Shown here in pieces: positions 36,484 to 47,043 of a DNA stretch of 64,000 bases. Made by a program: the position numbers and the translations under genes. The notes below the pieces were generated by a model, which did no database searches, had not been told where the DNA came from, and saw only the letters and a list, made by a program, of their open reading frames with translations. The stretch is from Kiritimatiellia bacterium (lineage in GTDB: Bacteria > Verrucomicrobiota > Kiritimatiellia > JAAZAB01): assembly GCA_040767085.1 (NCBI GenBank), contig JAXGPF010000003.1:96001-160000 (forward strand), given 5' to 3'. The number at the start of each line of letters is the position of its first letter. The first letter of the stretch is position 1.

Positions 36484-37860
36484 TTATTTCTTCCCGCCCA
36501 ATACTTCGTCAATCGCCTCTTCAAAGACCCGGATGGACTCGCGCAGCGCATCCCGGGTGATCGTCAGGGGCGGCGCGATCTTCAGGCATTCCCCGCCGAT
36601 GCCGACAGGCGCAAACATCAGCAAGCCTTTCTGGAAGCAGGCGACGTTGATCCGCTGCGCCAGTTCGGGATTAGGCTCCTTGGTGCCGGGTTTGACCACC
36701 TGGATGCCGGCCACCAGGCCCTTGCCCTGAGTGCAGCCCAGCACGTCCGGGTACTTCTGCTGGATGCGGCGCAATTCGGGTATCAGGATTTCGCCCATGG
36801 CGGCGGCATTGGCCGTCAGGTTATCGCGCAACAGCACCTGCAGGTTGGCCAGGGCGGCGGCCACCGGCAGGGGCGAACCGGAATGGGTGGAAGTCATCGA
36901 GCCGGGGGCGTACAATCCCTGGATATCGCGGCGGCCAATCACCGCCGCGATGGGCAGCGAGGAGGAAATGCCCTTGCCGCAGGCAATCAGGTCCGGCGTG
37001 ACGCCATAATGCTGATAACAGAACATTTTCCCGGTGCGGCCGAACCCGGCCTGGACTTCATCAAAGCACAGGACGATGTCATGTTCCCGGCAGAATGCCT
37101 CCAGTTTTTTGGCGTATTCCACCGGCAGGAAGTCCGGCCCGATGCCCTGGTAGCTTTCCGTCATCACCCCCGCGACTTCTTCGGGCTTGATGTTCCGGTC
37201 GCGCAGGGTTTGCAGGAACTGGTCAAACGACTGGTTGGTGTTCTTATAGCCGTCGGGGAACGGGGTCTGGATGAAAGTCTGGTCGCTTTCCCCAAGCCAT
37301 TTTTTCAGCTTGGCCATGCCGCCGGCCAGTTGGGCGCCCATGGTGCGGCCGTGGAAGGCATTGTTAAAGGAAATGAAGTAACGTTTCCGCGGGCCATGCT
37401 TTTCCATGGCGTAGGTCTTGGCAAGCTTGATGCAGTTTTCCGTGGCCTCGCTGCCGGAACTCAACAGGAAAACCGTGTAATCGGGGGGTTTCGGCGCCAG
37501 CGACTGCAGGAGGGCGGTCAGTTCCGCGCGCTGCTCATGCACGAAAACATAAGTGGAAAGCAGTCCCTGGTTGATGATCCGGAGCAGGGCTTCGCGGATT
37601 TCAGGGTGGTTATGCCCGACATTCGTGATCAGCACGCCGGAGGACCAGTCCAGCCAGCGGTTGCCCCAGCGGTCGCTGACGGTGATATCCTCGGCCTTAT
37701 GCCAGACGATCGGCGGCTGACCCATCATGGATTGCGGCTCGGTCTGGCGCAGTTTTTCGAAAATCGGCAGGGATTCAGGCACCGGTAGCTTGGTTTTGAT
37801 GGTGCGGTACTTCGTATTGACATGCGGAACATCCACCGGGGTAAGATCGTAAACAGCCAT
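36484..37860 (-). CDS. Class III PLP-dependent aminotransferase
   Basis: SGSEATE, AFHGRT, FDEVQAGFGRTG, PDLIACGKG. Confidence 0.93.
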   Translation of the reverse strand: MAVYDLTPVDVPHVNTKYRTIKTKLPVPESLPIFEKLRQTEPQSMMGQPPIVWHKAEDITVSDRWGNRWLDWSSGVLITNVGHNHPEIREALLRIINQGLLSTYVFVHEQRAELTALLQSLAPKPPDYTVFLLSSGSEATENCIKLAKTYAMEKHGPRKRYFISFNNAFHGRTMGAQLAGGMAKLKKWLGESDQTFIQTPFPDGYKNTNQSFDQFLQTLRDRNIKPEEVAGVMTESYQGIGPDFLPVEYAKKLEAFCREHDIVLCFDEVQAGFGRTGKMFCYQHYGVTPDLIACGKGISSSLPIAAVIGRRDIQGLYAPGSMTSTHSGSPLPVAAALANLQVLLRDNLTANAAAMGEILIPELRRIQQKYPDVLGCTQGKGLVAGIQVVKPGTKEPNPELAQRINVACFQKGLLMFAPVGIGGECLKIAPPLTITRDALRESIRVFEEAIDEVLGGKK

Positions 37861-38051
37861 GGCAAAACCTCCTATGATAGCATGATTGCCTCATTCCCGA
37901 GCGGAAAAGAGGTAATATTTCTTATAGCAAACTGCCCTGCTATGTCAAGCAATAACCGCCAATCTGTCGTAAACAAATGACTTGGCCGCATAATTAACAA
38001 ATGATTTGTCCGCTTAAAGCTGTCAGGATGGTGCATTCAAAGGGGGGTTAT

Positions 38052-39236
38052 ATGGATGAATATCCGAAGGCAGCACTGGAGCGGGCAATGAAGGTACAGG
38101 AAGTGATCTTGCGTGCGATTGAAGGGCGGTTAATGTGGTGGGAGGCGGCGGAGATACTAGGTGTGAGCTACCGGACCATGCGGCGCTGGAAAGGGCGCTA
38201 CGAGCGGTATGGTTACGACGGGCTGCTGGATCGTCGGCGGAAGATACCGGGGCCGCGGCGCGTGCCCCTTGCGACGGTGAAGCAGGTGCTGAGGTTGTAC
38301 CGAGAAGAATACATGGATTTCAATGTGAGGCATTTTCACGAGAAGCTGCAGGCGGAGCATGGGATCGAGCTCAGTTATCAGTGGGTCAAGAGCGCCTTGC
38401 AGACGGCCGGGTTGGTGGCGAAGGCCCGGAAACGAGGGCCGCATCGGCAGCAGCGGGAACGGCGACCAATGGCGGGGATGATGTTGATGGTGGATGGCAG
38501 CACCCATGCCTGGTTGCCCCTGCTGGCGGGCCAGAAGCAGGATCTGATCCTGGTGATGGACGATGCCACCAGCGAAGTCTACACGGCCTATCTTGTGCCC
38601 CAGGAAGGGACATTAACGGTGATGAAGGGGTTGAAAGAAGTCATTATTAAACATGGGGTTTTCTGCAGTCTGTACACGGATCGTGGCAGTCATTTCTTTT
38701 ATACGCCCAAAGAAGGCGGGGCGGTGGACCGGCGTCAATTGACGCAAATTGGACGGGCGTTGCAACAGTTGGGGATCGAACATATTCCGAGCTATAGCCC
38801 CCAGGGACGTGGGCGAATAGAGCGGATGTTTAAGACCTGGCAAGGGCGCCTGCCGCAGGAATTAAGGCAGGCGGGAATCCGGACGATGGCCGAGGCCAAC
38901 GTCTATATTCAACAACAGTTTCTGCCTTCCTTCAATCGCAACATGAAGGTGAAGGCGCGGGAAACAGGAACGTGTTTCGTGCCTTGCGGTGAGCAGGATT
39001 TGGACAGCATTTTCTGTGTGCAGCATGCGCGAGAGGTTCAAAATGACAATACCGTGGCTGTCGGGAGTCGCCGCTTGCAGATTGGACCATCAAAATGGCG
39101 TTTCAGCTTCGCCAAGTGCCGGGTTAAAGTCTGCGAGCACCTCGATGGCACGGTGTCCATCCGTTATGGCCCGCATGTGGTTGGCCGCTACCAAGGACCG
39201 TTGAACATTTCGGCGTCGCTGGAGGACGTCGCATAA
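38052..39236 (+). CDS. DDE transposase (HTH + integrase core)
   Basis: DGSTHAW, MDDATS, LYTDRGSHF, SPQGRGRIERMFKTWQGRL. Confidence 0.92.
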   Translation: MDEYPKAALERAMKVQEVILRAIEGRLMWWEAAEILGVSYRTMRRWKGRYERYGYDGLLDRRRKIPGPRRVPLATVKQVLRLYREEYMDFNVRHFHEKLQAEHGIELSYQWVKSALQTAGLVAKARKRGPHRQQRERRPMAGMMLMVDGSTHAWLPLLAGQKQDLILVMDDATSEVYTAYLVPQEGTLTVMKGLKEVIIKHGVFCSLYTDRGSHFFYTPKEGGAVDRRQLTQIGRALQQLGIEHIPSYSPQGRGRIERMFKTWQGRLPQELRQAGIRTMAEANVYIQQQFLPSFNRNMKVKARETGTCFVPCGEQDLDSIFCVQHAREVQNDNTVAVGSRRLQIGPSKWRFSFAKCRVKVCEHLDGTVSIRYGPHVVGRYQGPLNISASLEDVA

Positions 39237-39237
39237 A

Positions 39238-39266
39238 CTTTTTCCTCCCCCGCGGGGGAGGAAAAT
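39238..39266 (+). terminator. Hairpin after the transposase stop
   Basis: TTTTCCTCCCCC-GC-GGGGGAGGAAAA perfect inverted repeat. Confidence 0.55.
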
Positions 39267-39380
39267 CCTCACCCCAGGAGCAACAACACACAATAACAAA
39301 TCGGACAGATCACTTGTTACAAAAAGCGGACACTTGACTTGTTACGAACAGCAATAACCGCCAATCCGGTGATGCTTGGT

Positions 39381-39515
39381 GTAGTAGTCCGGCTTTGCCG
39401 GACATCCCAGATTCCTGATGCGCCACGCAGTGGCGCTGCTACAACCGGAGCCGGATGCGCCACGCAGTGGCGTTGCTACAACCGGAGCCGGATGCGCCAC
39501 GCAGTGGCACCGCTA
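39381..39515. repeat. GTAG-type REP cluster (37-bp tandem units)
   Basis: GATGCGCCACGCAGTGGCGYTGCTACAACCGGAGCCG at 39417, 39454 and partial at 39491, plus opposing GTAGTAGTCCGGCTTTGCCGGACATC at 39381. Confidence 0.8.
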
Positions 39516-39550
39516 ATAACCGCCAATTCGGTGATGCAGCATACTGGCGC

Positions 39551-39997
39551 TCATGGGGCAATGCCGTTGCGGCGGTCAGACGCGCGCAAGCGTTGGAAAA
39601 AATTCTGGAGCAGGGCGGCGCACTCGCCGGCCAGCACCCCGGCGCGCACTTCTACTCCCGGCGCGGCAAAATGGGTCTGCGGGTCGCTGGCGCCGAAAAC
39701 CACGCGGGAAATGCGCGCCAGCACGATGGCGCCGCCGCACATCGGACACGGCTCCTTGGTGACGTAAAGCGTGGTTTCGTTCAGCCGCCAGTCGCCCAAA
39801 GCCGAAGCCGCCTGGGTGATGGCGATCATTTCCGCGTGCGCGGTCGGGTCTTTCAGCAACTCCACCTGGTTATGCGCGCGGCCGATCACTTCCGCGCCGC
39901 GGACTATCACCGCACCCACCGGCACATCGCCCGCCTCGGCCGCCAGGGCGGCCTGCTGCAGCGCCAGGCGCATATAATTTTCATCCTGATCGGGCAT
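39551..39997 (-). CDS. tadA: tRNA-specific adenosine deaminase
   Basis: DVPVGAVIV, DPTAHAE, TKEPCPMC. Confidence 0.9.
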   Translation of the reverse strand: MPDQDENYMRLALQQAALAAEAGDVPVGAVIVRGAEVIGRAHNQVELLKDPTAHAEMIAITQAASALGDWRLNETTLYVTKEPCPMCGGAIVLARISRVVFGASDPQTHFAAPGVEVRAGVLAGECAALLQNFFQRLRASDRRNGIAP

Positions 39998-40088
39998 ATT
40001 TGTTGCGGAATCCATGCAGTTAAGGCATAATATCCGGAGCGGGAATCAACCGCAATTGTATTTTCCGCAAACCACGGGAGGAAACGCC

Positions 40089-40274
40089 ATGCGCTTTGGA
40101 TTCTGGGAAATTGTCGCCGTCGTCGCGGTCATTATCCTGCTGTTCGGCGCCCGGCGTCTGCCGGATTTGGCGCGCGCCCTCGGCCGCAGTTTGAGCGAAT
40201 TCAAAAAAGGGCGGGCGGAAGGCATGGCTCCGGACAAACACGAAGAGCAACCGGACGATAAATCCTCGTCATAG
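40089..40274 (+). CDS. tatA: Twin-arginine translocase subunit TatA/E
   Basis: RBS GGAGG; LLFGARRLPDLARALGRSLSEFKKG. Confidence 0.92.
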   Translation: MRFGFWEIVAVVAVIILLFGARRLPDLARALGRSLSEFKKGRAEGMAPDKHEEQPDDKSSS

Positions 40275-40353
40275 GCCGGCATCGGAACACGTCAGCGCGC
40301 CCGAATATGCCCCGCCGCGCCGGGGCGTGATAGCTTCCGCATCATCGCCCCGG

Positions 40354-40731
40354 TCAATCAACTTCCTCGGCATCGCTTGCAGCGTCAGGGGTAGATGTTT
40401 CCGCCGGCGGCTCATCCGTATCGGCGACAGCCGGCGCGTCCGCGGTTTCCGCCGCGGGAGAAGCCGGAGCGGCCGGCGCGCTGGATGGCAAAACGGAAGT
40501 TGTCGCGGGCGGCAAGGACAGGTTATGGGACACCGCGGGCGCCGCGGGCGTGCCGCTTGCCGGCGCGCCAGCCCAAACGGAAGGCGAAGCCTGGTAATAG
40601 CTGTGCTCGGCGTATTGCATGTACAGCACCGTACCCAACATCGCCAGGGCCAGCACGGCAAGACTGACAGTCAGCATTGCCTGTGCGCTCCCGGCGCGGG
40701 CGGCGTTTTTACTTTCGTTGATCTTTTCCAT
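40354..40731 (-). CDS. Hypothetical single-pass membrane protein with Ala/Pro/acidic tail
   Basis: RBS GGAG, one hydrophobic helix. Confidence 0.55.
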   Translation of the reverse strand: MEKINESKNAARAGSAQAMLTVSLAVLALAMLGTVLYMQYAEHSYYQASPSVWAGAPASGTPAAPAVSHNLSLPPATTSVLPSSAPAAPASPAAETADAPAVADTDEPPAETSTPDAASDAEEVD

Positions 40732-41719
40732 GGCGAAAACTCCGGTAACTGACCTCCAGCCGGCCGCCGGTGCAAGGCGGCATTCATAGCCCCGGAGTAT
40801 ATGCTCTTGCCTCGCGGCGGTCAATGGATTTCGTCATAAATTCCGCCTGGCGTTATCATTCTTGGGAGAGACGAACCGTCCCTGGCAAACCGCAAGAATG
40901 ATACCGTTCGCCCGCCGCAGCCAGGTATAAGACAAATTAGTTGGAGTAGTACGGCAGCAGGGATGCGTAGCGAATTCCGTTCGAAAAGAACGGCGGCCAT
41001 TTTGGGGCGTCTGTCCGCTGCGCGGACCCTGCGGGCGTGGTTGCAGGCGATGGCGCAATCAAGAGATTAGCGCCATCGCCTGCGCCCACGCATCCACCCC
41101 AAACTTGCCTTGTTTTTTCGAACCCCTCGACAAGCTCGGGGAGCGGAATTCGCAACGCGGTGGCCCAATTTCGGCCAGGATGGTGTAACCTGGCCGAAAT
41201 TACCGGAATTTACATGTTGTATCTATAACGGACTCATAAATCACACTGAAATCCACCGTGAATTTAAAGTTTATACAAATCACCAATAAAATTGTCTTAT
41301 ACCCGCCGCGGCCAACACCTCAGGGCTGCGTTATGCTCAGAACAGACGGCTCGGTACGGAGACCTCGCCCTACCGTTTCATAAGCATTTGTCGTGGGTAG
41401 GGCGAGACCCCGCTTGAAGCGGGGTAAACCGCCGGTCCCGCTTGGCGCGGGAGCGAGCCGCCGAGAATGACGCAGCCGTGCCCAACGCCTGCAACGTCGG
41501 TATTTTAAGCTTGCATGGCCGGGCATTTGTGCTAATAATTCATACAGTGGATGCAGAATTTGGAGGGGGCAGCCAAATAGGCCTATATTCTGAATTCTTT
41601 CACAACGAGAGTTTTGAAATCTGTTCCGGCGTAAAACCTTAACACTCTAACACCTTAAAACTTTAAAACACCTTAAAACTTTGAAAATGTTCGAATTTTT
41701 TGCCAAATTCTGCCATTGC

Positions 41720-42013
41720 ATGAGAACTGCCGCCGCGGCGGTAAAAAGCGTTCCGGCAGCCGGCGTTGCCCGACGCGCGCAAGCCGGCAAAAACCGCCCC
41801 GGTGAAGCCCTGCTGTACAGCGAGCGCCTGCAGATTGAGCGCAAGCAATTTTACTTCGAATTGAAGGAAAACGCCAGCGGCCAGTTCCTGCGGATGACCG
41901 AAGATGTCGGCGGCCGGCGCGACACGATCATTGTGCCCGCCACGGGTTTGACGGAGTTCCGCGAGGCAGTCGCGCGGGCCGATGCCGCCCTCGGCCACGG
42001 CGACGCGCCTTGA
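41720..42013 (+). CDS. PUR-repeat (Pur-alpha-like) ssDNA/RNA-binding protein; start uncertain
   Basis: SERLQIERKQFYFELKENASGQFLRMTEDVGGRRDTIIVPATGL. Confidence 0.8.
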   Translation: MRTAAAAVKSVPAAGVARRAQAGKNRPGEALLYSERLQIERKQFYFELKENASGQFLRMTEDVGGRRDTIIVPATGLTEFREAVARADAALGHGDAP

Positions 42014-42065
42014 CCGACCTTAAAGCATCGCCGGCAGCCAGGGCGGCGGGCCGCCGCCCGCCGCA

Positions 42066-43748
42066 TCAGGGCAAGGGAAATTCCGCCGTCATGTCCAGCA
42101 CCTCGCTCCGGATGCTTTGCAGGAGCTGGGCATTCTTGTGATCGCGCACCACTGCGCCGATCCACGCGGCGATCCGGCGCATTTCAGGCTCTTTCATGCC
42201 GCGCGTGGTGACGGCCGGGGAGCCGACCCGGATGCCGGAAGTGACAAAGGGCGTTTTGGTGTCGAACGGGATCATATTCTTGTTCACGGTAATGCAGGCC
42301 GCGTCCAAGGCGGTGGCGATATCCTTGCCGCTTACCCCGGCGGGCGTCAGGTCCACCAGCATCAGGTGGTTATCCGTGCCCCCGGAAACAATCCGCAGTC
42401 CTTCAGCTTTCAGGCCTTCCGCCAGGGTCTGGGCATTGCGCACGACCTGTTCCTGGTAGGTCTTGAATTCCGACTGCAACGCCTGGTGGAAACAGACGGC
42501 CTTGGCGGCGATGATATGCATCAAGGGGCCGCCCTGCATGCCCGGGAAGATCTGCCGGTCAATATCCTGCGCAAATTGTTCGCGGCACATGATGATGCCG
42601 GCGCGCGGGCCGCGCAGGGTTTTATGCGTGGTGGAGGTGACAAAATGAGCGTGCGGCACCGGGTTGGGATGGTAGCCGGCCGCCACCAGTCCGGCGATGT
42701 GGGCCATGTCGACCATCAAATACGCCGAAACGCTGTCGGCAATCTGGCGGAACCGCTTGAAATCCAGGATGCGGGAATAGGCGCTGGCGCCCGCGACGAC
42801 GAGCTTGGGCTTGTACGCCTCGGCCAACCGGGCCAATTCGTCATAATCAATCTGCTCGGTCTCGCGGTTGACGCCGTAATGCATGACATTGTAATACTTG
42901 CCGGAAAAATTCACTTTCATCCCGTGGGTCAGATGCCCGCCATGCGCCGGATCCATGGCCAGCATGCGGTCGCCGGGCTTCAGCACCGCCAGGTAAACCG
43001 CCAGGTTGGCGGAGCTGCCGCAATGGGGTTGCACGTTGACGTGTTCGGCGCCGAACAATTCCCGGGCCCGGTCAATCGCCAGTCTTTCGGCATCGTCCAC
43101 GTAAGCGCACCCGTTATACCAGCGCTTGCCCGGGTAGCCCTCGGCGTATTTATTGGTCAAGAGCGAGCCGGCGGCCTCGCGCACGGCGCGGCTGACGTAA
43201 TTTTCCGAAGCGATCAGCTCCAGGTTTTCGCGCTGGCGCCGCGCCTCGTTGCGCAAGGCGGCGTAAATTTCCGGGTCCGTCTCGCCGATTTCCACCGGGT
43301 CAACCATGTTGCAGGTGTAAGCGTGGATTTTGTTCACCCGCCGCTGGTGCCGCTCGCTTTTGTCGAAATCCTCGTCCAGCCAGGCGGTCAGCACCGCGCG
43401 GGCCTCCTCGATGCTAATCAATTCGCCGCCCAACACCAGCACGTTGGCGTTGTTGTGCGCGCGGGCCATCTTGGCCATGCGCGGCGTCAGGCACAGCGCC
43501 GCGCGCACGCGCGGAAACTTGTTGGCGGTAATGCTCATGCCGATGCCGGTGGTGCAGATCAGCAAGCCCTGGTCCACCGCGCCCTGCGAAACCCGGTCCG
43601 CCACCAGCGCGGCGTAATCCGGGTAATCCACCGACGTCCGGTTGAAACAGCCCAGGTCTTCCGTCTGCATGCCGCGGGCCGCCAGCGATTCCAGCAGCGC
43701 CGTTTTCATTTCAAATCCGCCATGATCGCAACCTACCGCTATTTTCAT
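42066..43748 (-). CDS. glyA: Fusion of ribose-5-phosphate isomerase B and serine hydroxymethyltransferase
   Basis: N-terminal GCDHGG, DYPDY, CTTGIGM, HNNAN (RpiB); then [26 protein letters not shown] (SHMT). Confidence 0.95.
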   Translation of the reverse strand: MKIAVGCDHGGFEMKTALLESLAARGMQTEDLGCFNRTSVDYPDYAALVADRVSQGAVDQGLLICTTGIGMSITANKFPRVRAALCLTPRMAKMARAHNNANVLVLGGELISIEEARAVLTAWLDEDFDKSERHQRRVNKIHAYTCNMVDPVEIGETDPEIYAALRNEARRQRENLELIASENYVSRAVREAAGSLLTNKYAEGYPGKRWYNGCAYVDDAERLAIDRARELFGAEHVNVQPHCGSSANLAVYLAVLKPGDRMLAMDPAHGGHLTHGMKVNFSGKYYNVMHYGVNRETEQIDYDELARLAEAYKPKLVVAGASAYSRILDFKRFRQIADSVSAYLMVDMAHIAGLVAAGYHPNPVPHAHFVTSTTHKTLRGPRAGIIMCREQFAQDIDRQIFPGMQGGPLMHIIAAKAVCFHQALQSEFKTYQEQVVRNAQTLAEGLKAEGLRIVSGGTDNHLMLVDLTPAGVSGKDIATALDAACITVNKNMIPFDTKTPFVTSGIRVGSPAVTTRGMKEPEMRRIAAWIGAVVRDHKNAQLLQSIRSEVLDMTAEFPLP

Positions 43749-44227
43749 TTGGACCCCTTTTGTAGAAATAAAATCATATCCAGCAAGGCGGCGTCAATCT
43801 CGTCCCGGATTTCCCGGTAAACGGCCGCCGAACATCCGATCGGGTCGGCAATATCGCGGCCCGCGGCCGCCTTCCGCCCGAAACCGGCAAGCAGCCGCGC
43901 TTTACCGCCGGCGGCGGGAAACCACATCCGGATTTCCCGGATGTGCCCGTCCGTCATGGCCGCAATCAACTCCGCCCCGTCTGCCAGTTCCTGTGTCAGA
44001 AGCCGGCTGCGGTGCGGGGTCAAATCAATGCCTTTTTCCCGTAAAACTTCGATCGCCGCCGGGCTGGCCATCAGGCCCGGCACGGCATGCAATCCCGCGG
44101 AACTGACGGTATAATCCGCGCTGCCGCGCAGGTAATGGCGCAAAAGGTATTCCGCCATGGGGCTGCGGCAGACATTGCCGGTACAGACAAAAACGATACG
44201 CTTGGGTTCCTTCCCCCTCAAAATCAC
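43745..44227 (-). CDS. Low-molecular-weight protein tyrosine/arginine phosphatase
   Basis: [19 protein letters not shown]. Confidence 0.92.
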   Translation of the reverse strand: MILRGKEPKRIVFVCTGNVCRSPMAEYLLRHYLRGSADYTVSSAGLHAVPGLMASPAAIEVLREKGIDLTPHRSRLLTQELADGAELIAAMTDGHIREIRMWFPAAGGKARLLAGFGRKAAAGRDIADPIGCSAAVYREIRDEIDAALLDMILFLQKGSK

Positions 44228-44230
44228 CTC

Positions 44231-45091
44231 TTATTGAACGGTGTTAACCTGCCGTCCCAGTTTTTCCACCGTCACTTCCACGGTGTCGCCGGGATGCAGG
44301 GTCAGCGGCGGCCGGTGCGCCGAACCGATGCCCGCCGGTGTGCCGGTGGCAATGACATCCCCCGGCAGCAAGGTGATCGTAGCGCTGATATAAGCTATCA
44401 GAAAGGGAATTTTGAAAATCATGTCCGCGGTGTTGGCGTTTTGCAGCACCACGCCGTTAATCCTGGATTCCAGCCGCAGGTTGCCCGGATCCCCGACCTC
44501 GTCCGGCGTCACCAGCCACGGCCCCATGGGGCAAAACGTGTCTGGACTTTTACCGCGGAACCATTGTCCATCCGCGCGCTGCGCGACGCGGTCGGTCACA
44601 TCATTCAAAACCATGTAGCCGGCAACGTATTCCAGCGCGCGCTCTTCCGCCACCCGGCTGGCCGGTCGGCCGATCACCACGGCCAATTCCGCTTCCAAAT
44701 CCACCACCTTGGCGCCGGGCGGCAGGCAAATCGGATCGCACGGCCCGGTCGCGGCAGTGGCGGCCTTGTCGAACAAAATGGGCAACCGGGGGACCTCGGC
44801 GTCGAATTCCCGGGCATGGTCGGCGTAATTCTTGCCCAGGCAGATGATTTTACCAGGGCGCGCCACCGGGGGGCCCAGGCGGACGCCGGCGGCCGGCACG
44901 AGCTTGCGGCCGCTTTCCGACAGCAGCCCCGGCAGCCGGGCCATGCCGAAACGGCGGAAGAAATCCTCGTTGTAATCTTCCAGGTCGTAGGCCATGCCGC
45001 GCACGTCCAAAATCATCGGCGCGGCGCCGGATTCCTCCACCAGGACCCCCGGCCTTTCACGGCCGGGCTCTCCAAAACGCACGAGTTTCAT
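44231..45091 (-). CDS. Fumarylacetoacetate hydrolase family protein
   Basis: ICLGKNYADHARE, DLEAEL, NDVTDR, PGDVIATGTPAG. Confidence 0.92.
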   Translation of the reverse strand: MKLVRFGEPGRERPGVLVEESGAAPMILDVRGMAYDLEDYNEDFFRRFGMARLPGLLSESGRKLVPAAGVRLGPPVARPGKIICLGKNYADHAREFDAEVPRLPILFDKAATAATGPCDPICLPPGAKVVDLEAELAVVIGRPASRVAEERALEYVAGYMVLNDVTDRVAQRADGQWFRGKSPDTFCPMGPWLVTPDEVGDPGNLRLESRINGVVLQNANTADMIFKIPFLIAYISATITLLPGDVIATGTPAGIGSAHRPPLTLHPGDTVEVTVEKLGRQVNTVQ

Positions 45092-45156
45092 TATTCACCA
45101 AACGCTTTCATGGCAAATGGAAGCGGTATTATCATTAATCCAGCCAAAAACACAAG

Positions 45157-47043
45157 CTAATCCGGAACTATATGCGCCGCCAGCGGACGCTCTTCCACAC
45201 GCCACTCGGTCAAAACCAGATTTTGCCGATACGCAACCGCGCACAGGCGCCGCAAAACATCCGGCTTCAGCCCGGCCACCACCACCACCTCCTTGACGCC
45301 ATGCCGCTTGGCCAGCCCCTCCAACCGATCAATCCCGCCGCGCACCGGATAACCGTACACCCAGCGTCCATGCAGGTTGGTGTCGTCGTCCAAAATCCCC
45401 ACAATCCGGCGGCAGTCGCCCGCGCCGGGATACCGGGCGCTGCGCTGCCGCAGAAAAAGCATCCCGCGCACCCCCGCCCCGTACACCAGGGTATTATGGC
45501 AATCCCGGTAAATCGCCAGGGACGGATGCCGGGCGCTTAAGGCCATGATATCCTGCAGGGTGCGCGAAACTATGCGCACGCCTGCCACCAGGGGCAGCCC
45601 CATGCCAAAATACAGCAGCGCCTGCAGGATTAAAGCGCGGTCCAGCAGATCGCCGCGCAGCACAGTAATTGCCACGCTGGCCAGGACGCCCATGAACATG
45701 GCGGCGCCCAGCAGCAGGATTTCCCCGATCCGCGCCCGGCTCCACACCCGCTGGTAGGTCCGCGCGAGAAACATGGCGATGAACGACACCCCCACCCAGA
45801 TCGGCGCCGCATGCAGCCAGGCGTATTTGAAGGTGGTCGGCGGAGTCTCCGGCCAGGTCAGCCAGAGCGCCGCCGCCAGGCAGCCCGCCAGGATCGCCGC
45901 GTCAAGCACCGGATACAGGATCACCGCCGCCACCTTGCCCGGGGGGCGGCGCAAGCCGTACAGCAAGGCCGATCCGCTGTCCCACAATTCCACCCGCGCC
46001 AGATGCCGCACCACCACGTAAGCCCCGGCGACAAACGCCGCCAGGTAGATGCCCACCGCGTGGGCCTGGTAAACCAATCCCAGCAAAGCCACGCCCACCA
46101 GGAAAGTCCCCAGGACATACAATACCGTCGCCACCCGCCGCTGCGACATCCCGGACTTGGACAGCCGGTGGTGCAGGTGTTCCATGTCCGCCTGCATGAT
46201 CGCCGCCTTGCCGCCGCCGGCCAGCAATCCCCGCACAAACCGCCGCCAGATCGCCAGCAGGGTGTCGAAAAGCGGCACGCCCACCGCCAGCAATGGCACG
46301 CCGATCGAGGCCATGGCGGCGCCCTTGGAACTGCTGCTGAGCGCGATCACCGCCAGGCTGAATCCCAGGAACATACTGCCGGAGTCGCCCAGAAATATGC
46401 TGGCCGGGTGAAAGTTATAACGCAAAAAACCCGCGCAGGCGCCCATCAGCCCCAGCAGCACCAGCACATCCGCCGGCATGTGCCGCAACAGCAACCCGCC
46501 GGCCATGCCCAGCGCGGCGATCAATGCCAGCCCCGCCGCTAAGCCGTCCATGCCGTCAATCAGGTTAAAGGCATTGGTGATGGCCAGAATCCAGAAAACC
46601 GTCATCGCCAAATCCAGCGCCGCCGGCAAGGGCACCCCCAGGGCAATGCCAAACCGCATGTTGCAGAAATACGCCAACACCGCGGCGGCAACCTGCCCCG
46701 CCAGCTTGATCCAGGGCCGGATGCCGCGCACATCGTCCAGCACTCCCACCCCGGTAATCCAAGAAGACAGCGCGAGAAATTTCAGCCACCAGGCCAGGTC
46801 CAGGTTGCCGGTGAATTCTTTCCAGGCCGGCAAAAACACCACCGCCGCCGCCGCATGGAACCCGGCAAAAACCGCCAGGCCGCCCAGGCGCGGCACCGGG
46901 CGGGTATGCACCCGGCGTTGATCGGGCAAGTCCACCAATCCCCGTGCCAGCGCCAGCCGGCGCACCAGCGGGGTCAACACCAGGGTTACCAGGGCCGCTG
47001 TGCTAAACGCCGCCAGATATTTTAGAATAAAATCGTAACTCAT
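45157..47043 (-). CDS. WecA/TagO-type (MraY-like) polyprenyl-phosphate sugar transferase with C-terminal PglF/CapD N-domain-like extension
   Basis: PRLGGLA, LDD, NAFNLIDGMDGLA, FLGDSGS, HLHHRL; C-terminal VYGAG...GILDDD. Confidence 0.85.
   Translation of the reverse strand: MSYDFILKYLAAFSTAALVTLVLTPLVRRLALARGLVDLPDQRRVHTRPVPRLGGLAVFAGFHAAAAVVFLPAWKEFTGNLDLAWWLKFLALSSWITGVGVLDDVRGIRPWIKLAGQVAAAVLAYFCNMRFGIALGVPLPAALDLAMTVFWILAITNAFNLIDGMDGLAAGLALIAALGMAGGLLLRHMPADVLVLLGLMGACAGFLRYNFHPASIFLGDSGSMFLGFSLAVIALSSSSKGAAMASIGVPLLAVGVPLFDTLLAIWRRFVRGLLAGGGKAAIMQADMEHLHHRLSKSGMSQRRVATVLYVLGTFLVGVALLGLVYQAHAVGIYLAAFVAGAYVVVRHLARVELWDSGSALLYGLRRPPGKVAAVILYPVLDAAILAGCLAAALWLTWPETPPTTFKYAWLHAAPIWVGVSFIAMFLARTYQRVWSRARIGEILLLGAAMFMGVLASVAITVLRGDLLDRALILQALLYFGMGLPLVAGVRIVSRTLQDIMALSARHPSLAIYRDCHNTLVYGAGVRGMLFLRQRSARYPGAGDCRRIVGILDDDTNLHGRWVYGYPVRGGIDRLEGLAKRHGVKEVVVVAGLKPDVLRRLCAVAYRQNLVLTEWRVEERPLAAHIVPD

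Larger units (their letters stand above)
37965..39350 (+). mobile_element. IS1202-like (ISNCY) insertion sequence
   Basis: TGT...ACA ends with repeated subterminal ACAAATGA..TG(G/T)CCGC boxes; exact 16-bp direct repeat GCAATAACCGCCAATC at 37949-37964 and 39351-39366. Confidence 0.9.

Noticed and set aside
39417-39515. 37-bp tandem repeat as a CRISPR array
   Set aside because: The units abut with no spacers; a GTAG plus hairpin structure fits REP sequences.
41160-41205. tRNA fragment (GGATGGTGTAA)
   Set aside because: It is a simple perfect hairpin with no cloverleaf or T-loop.
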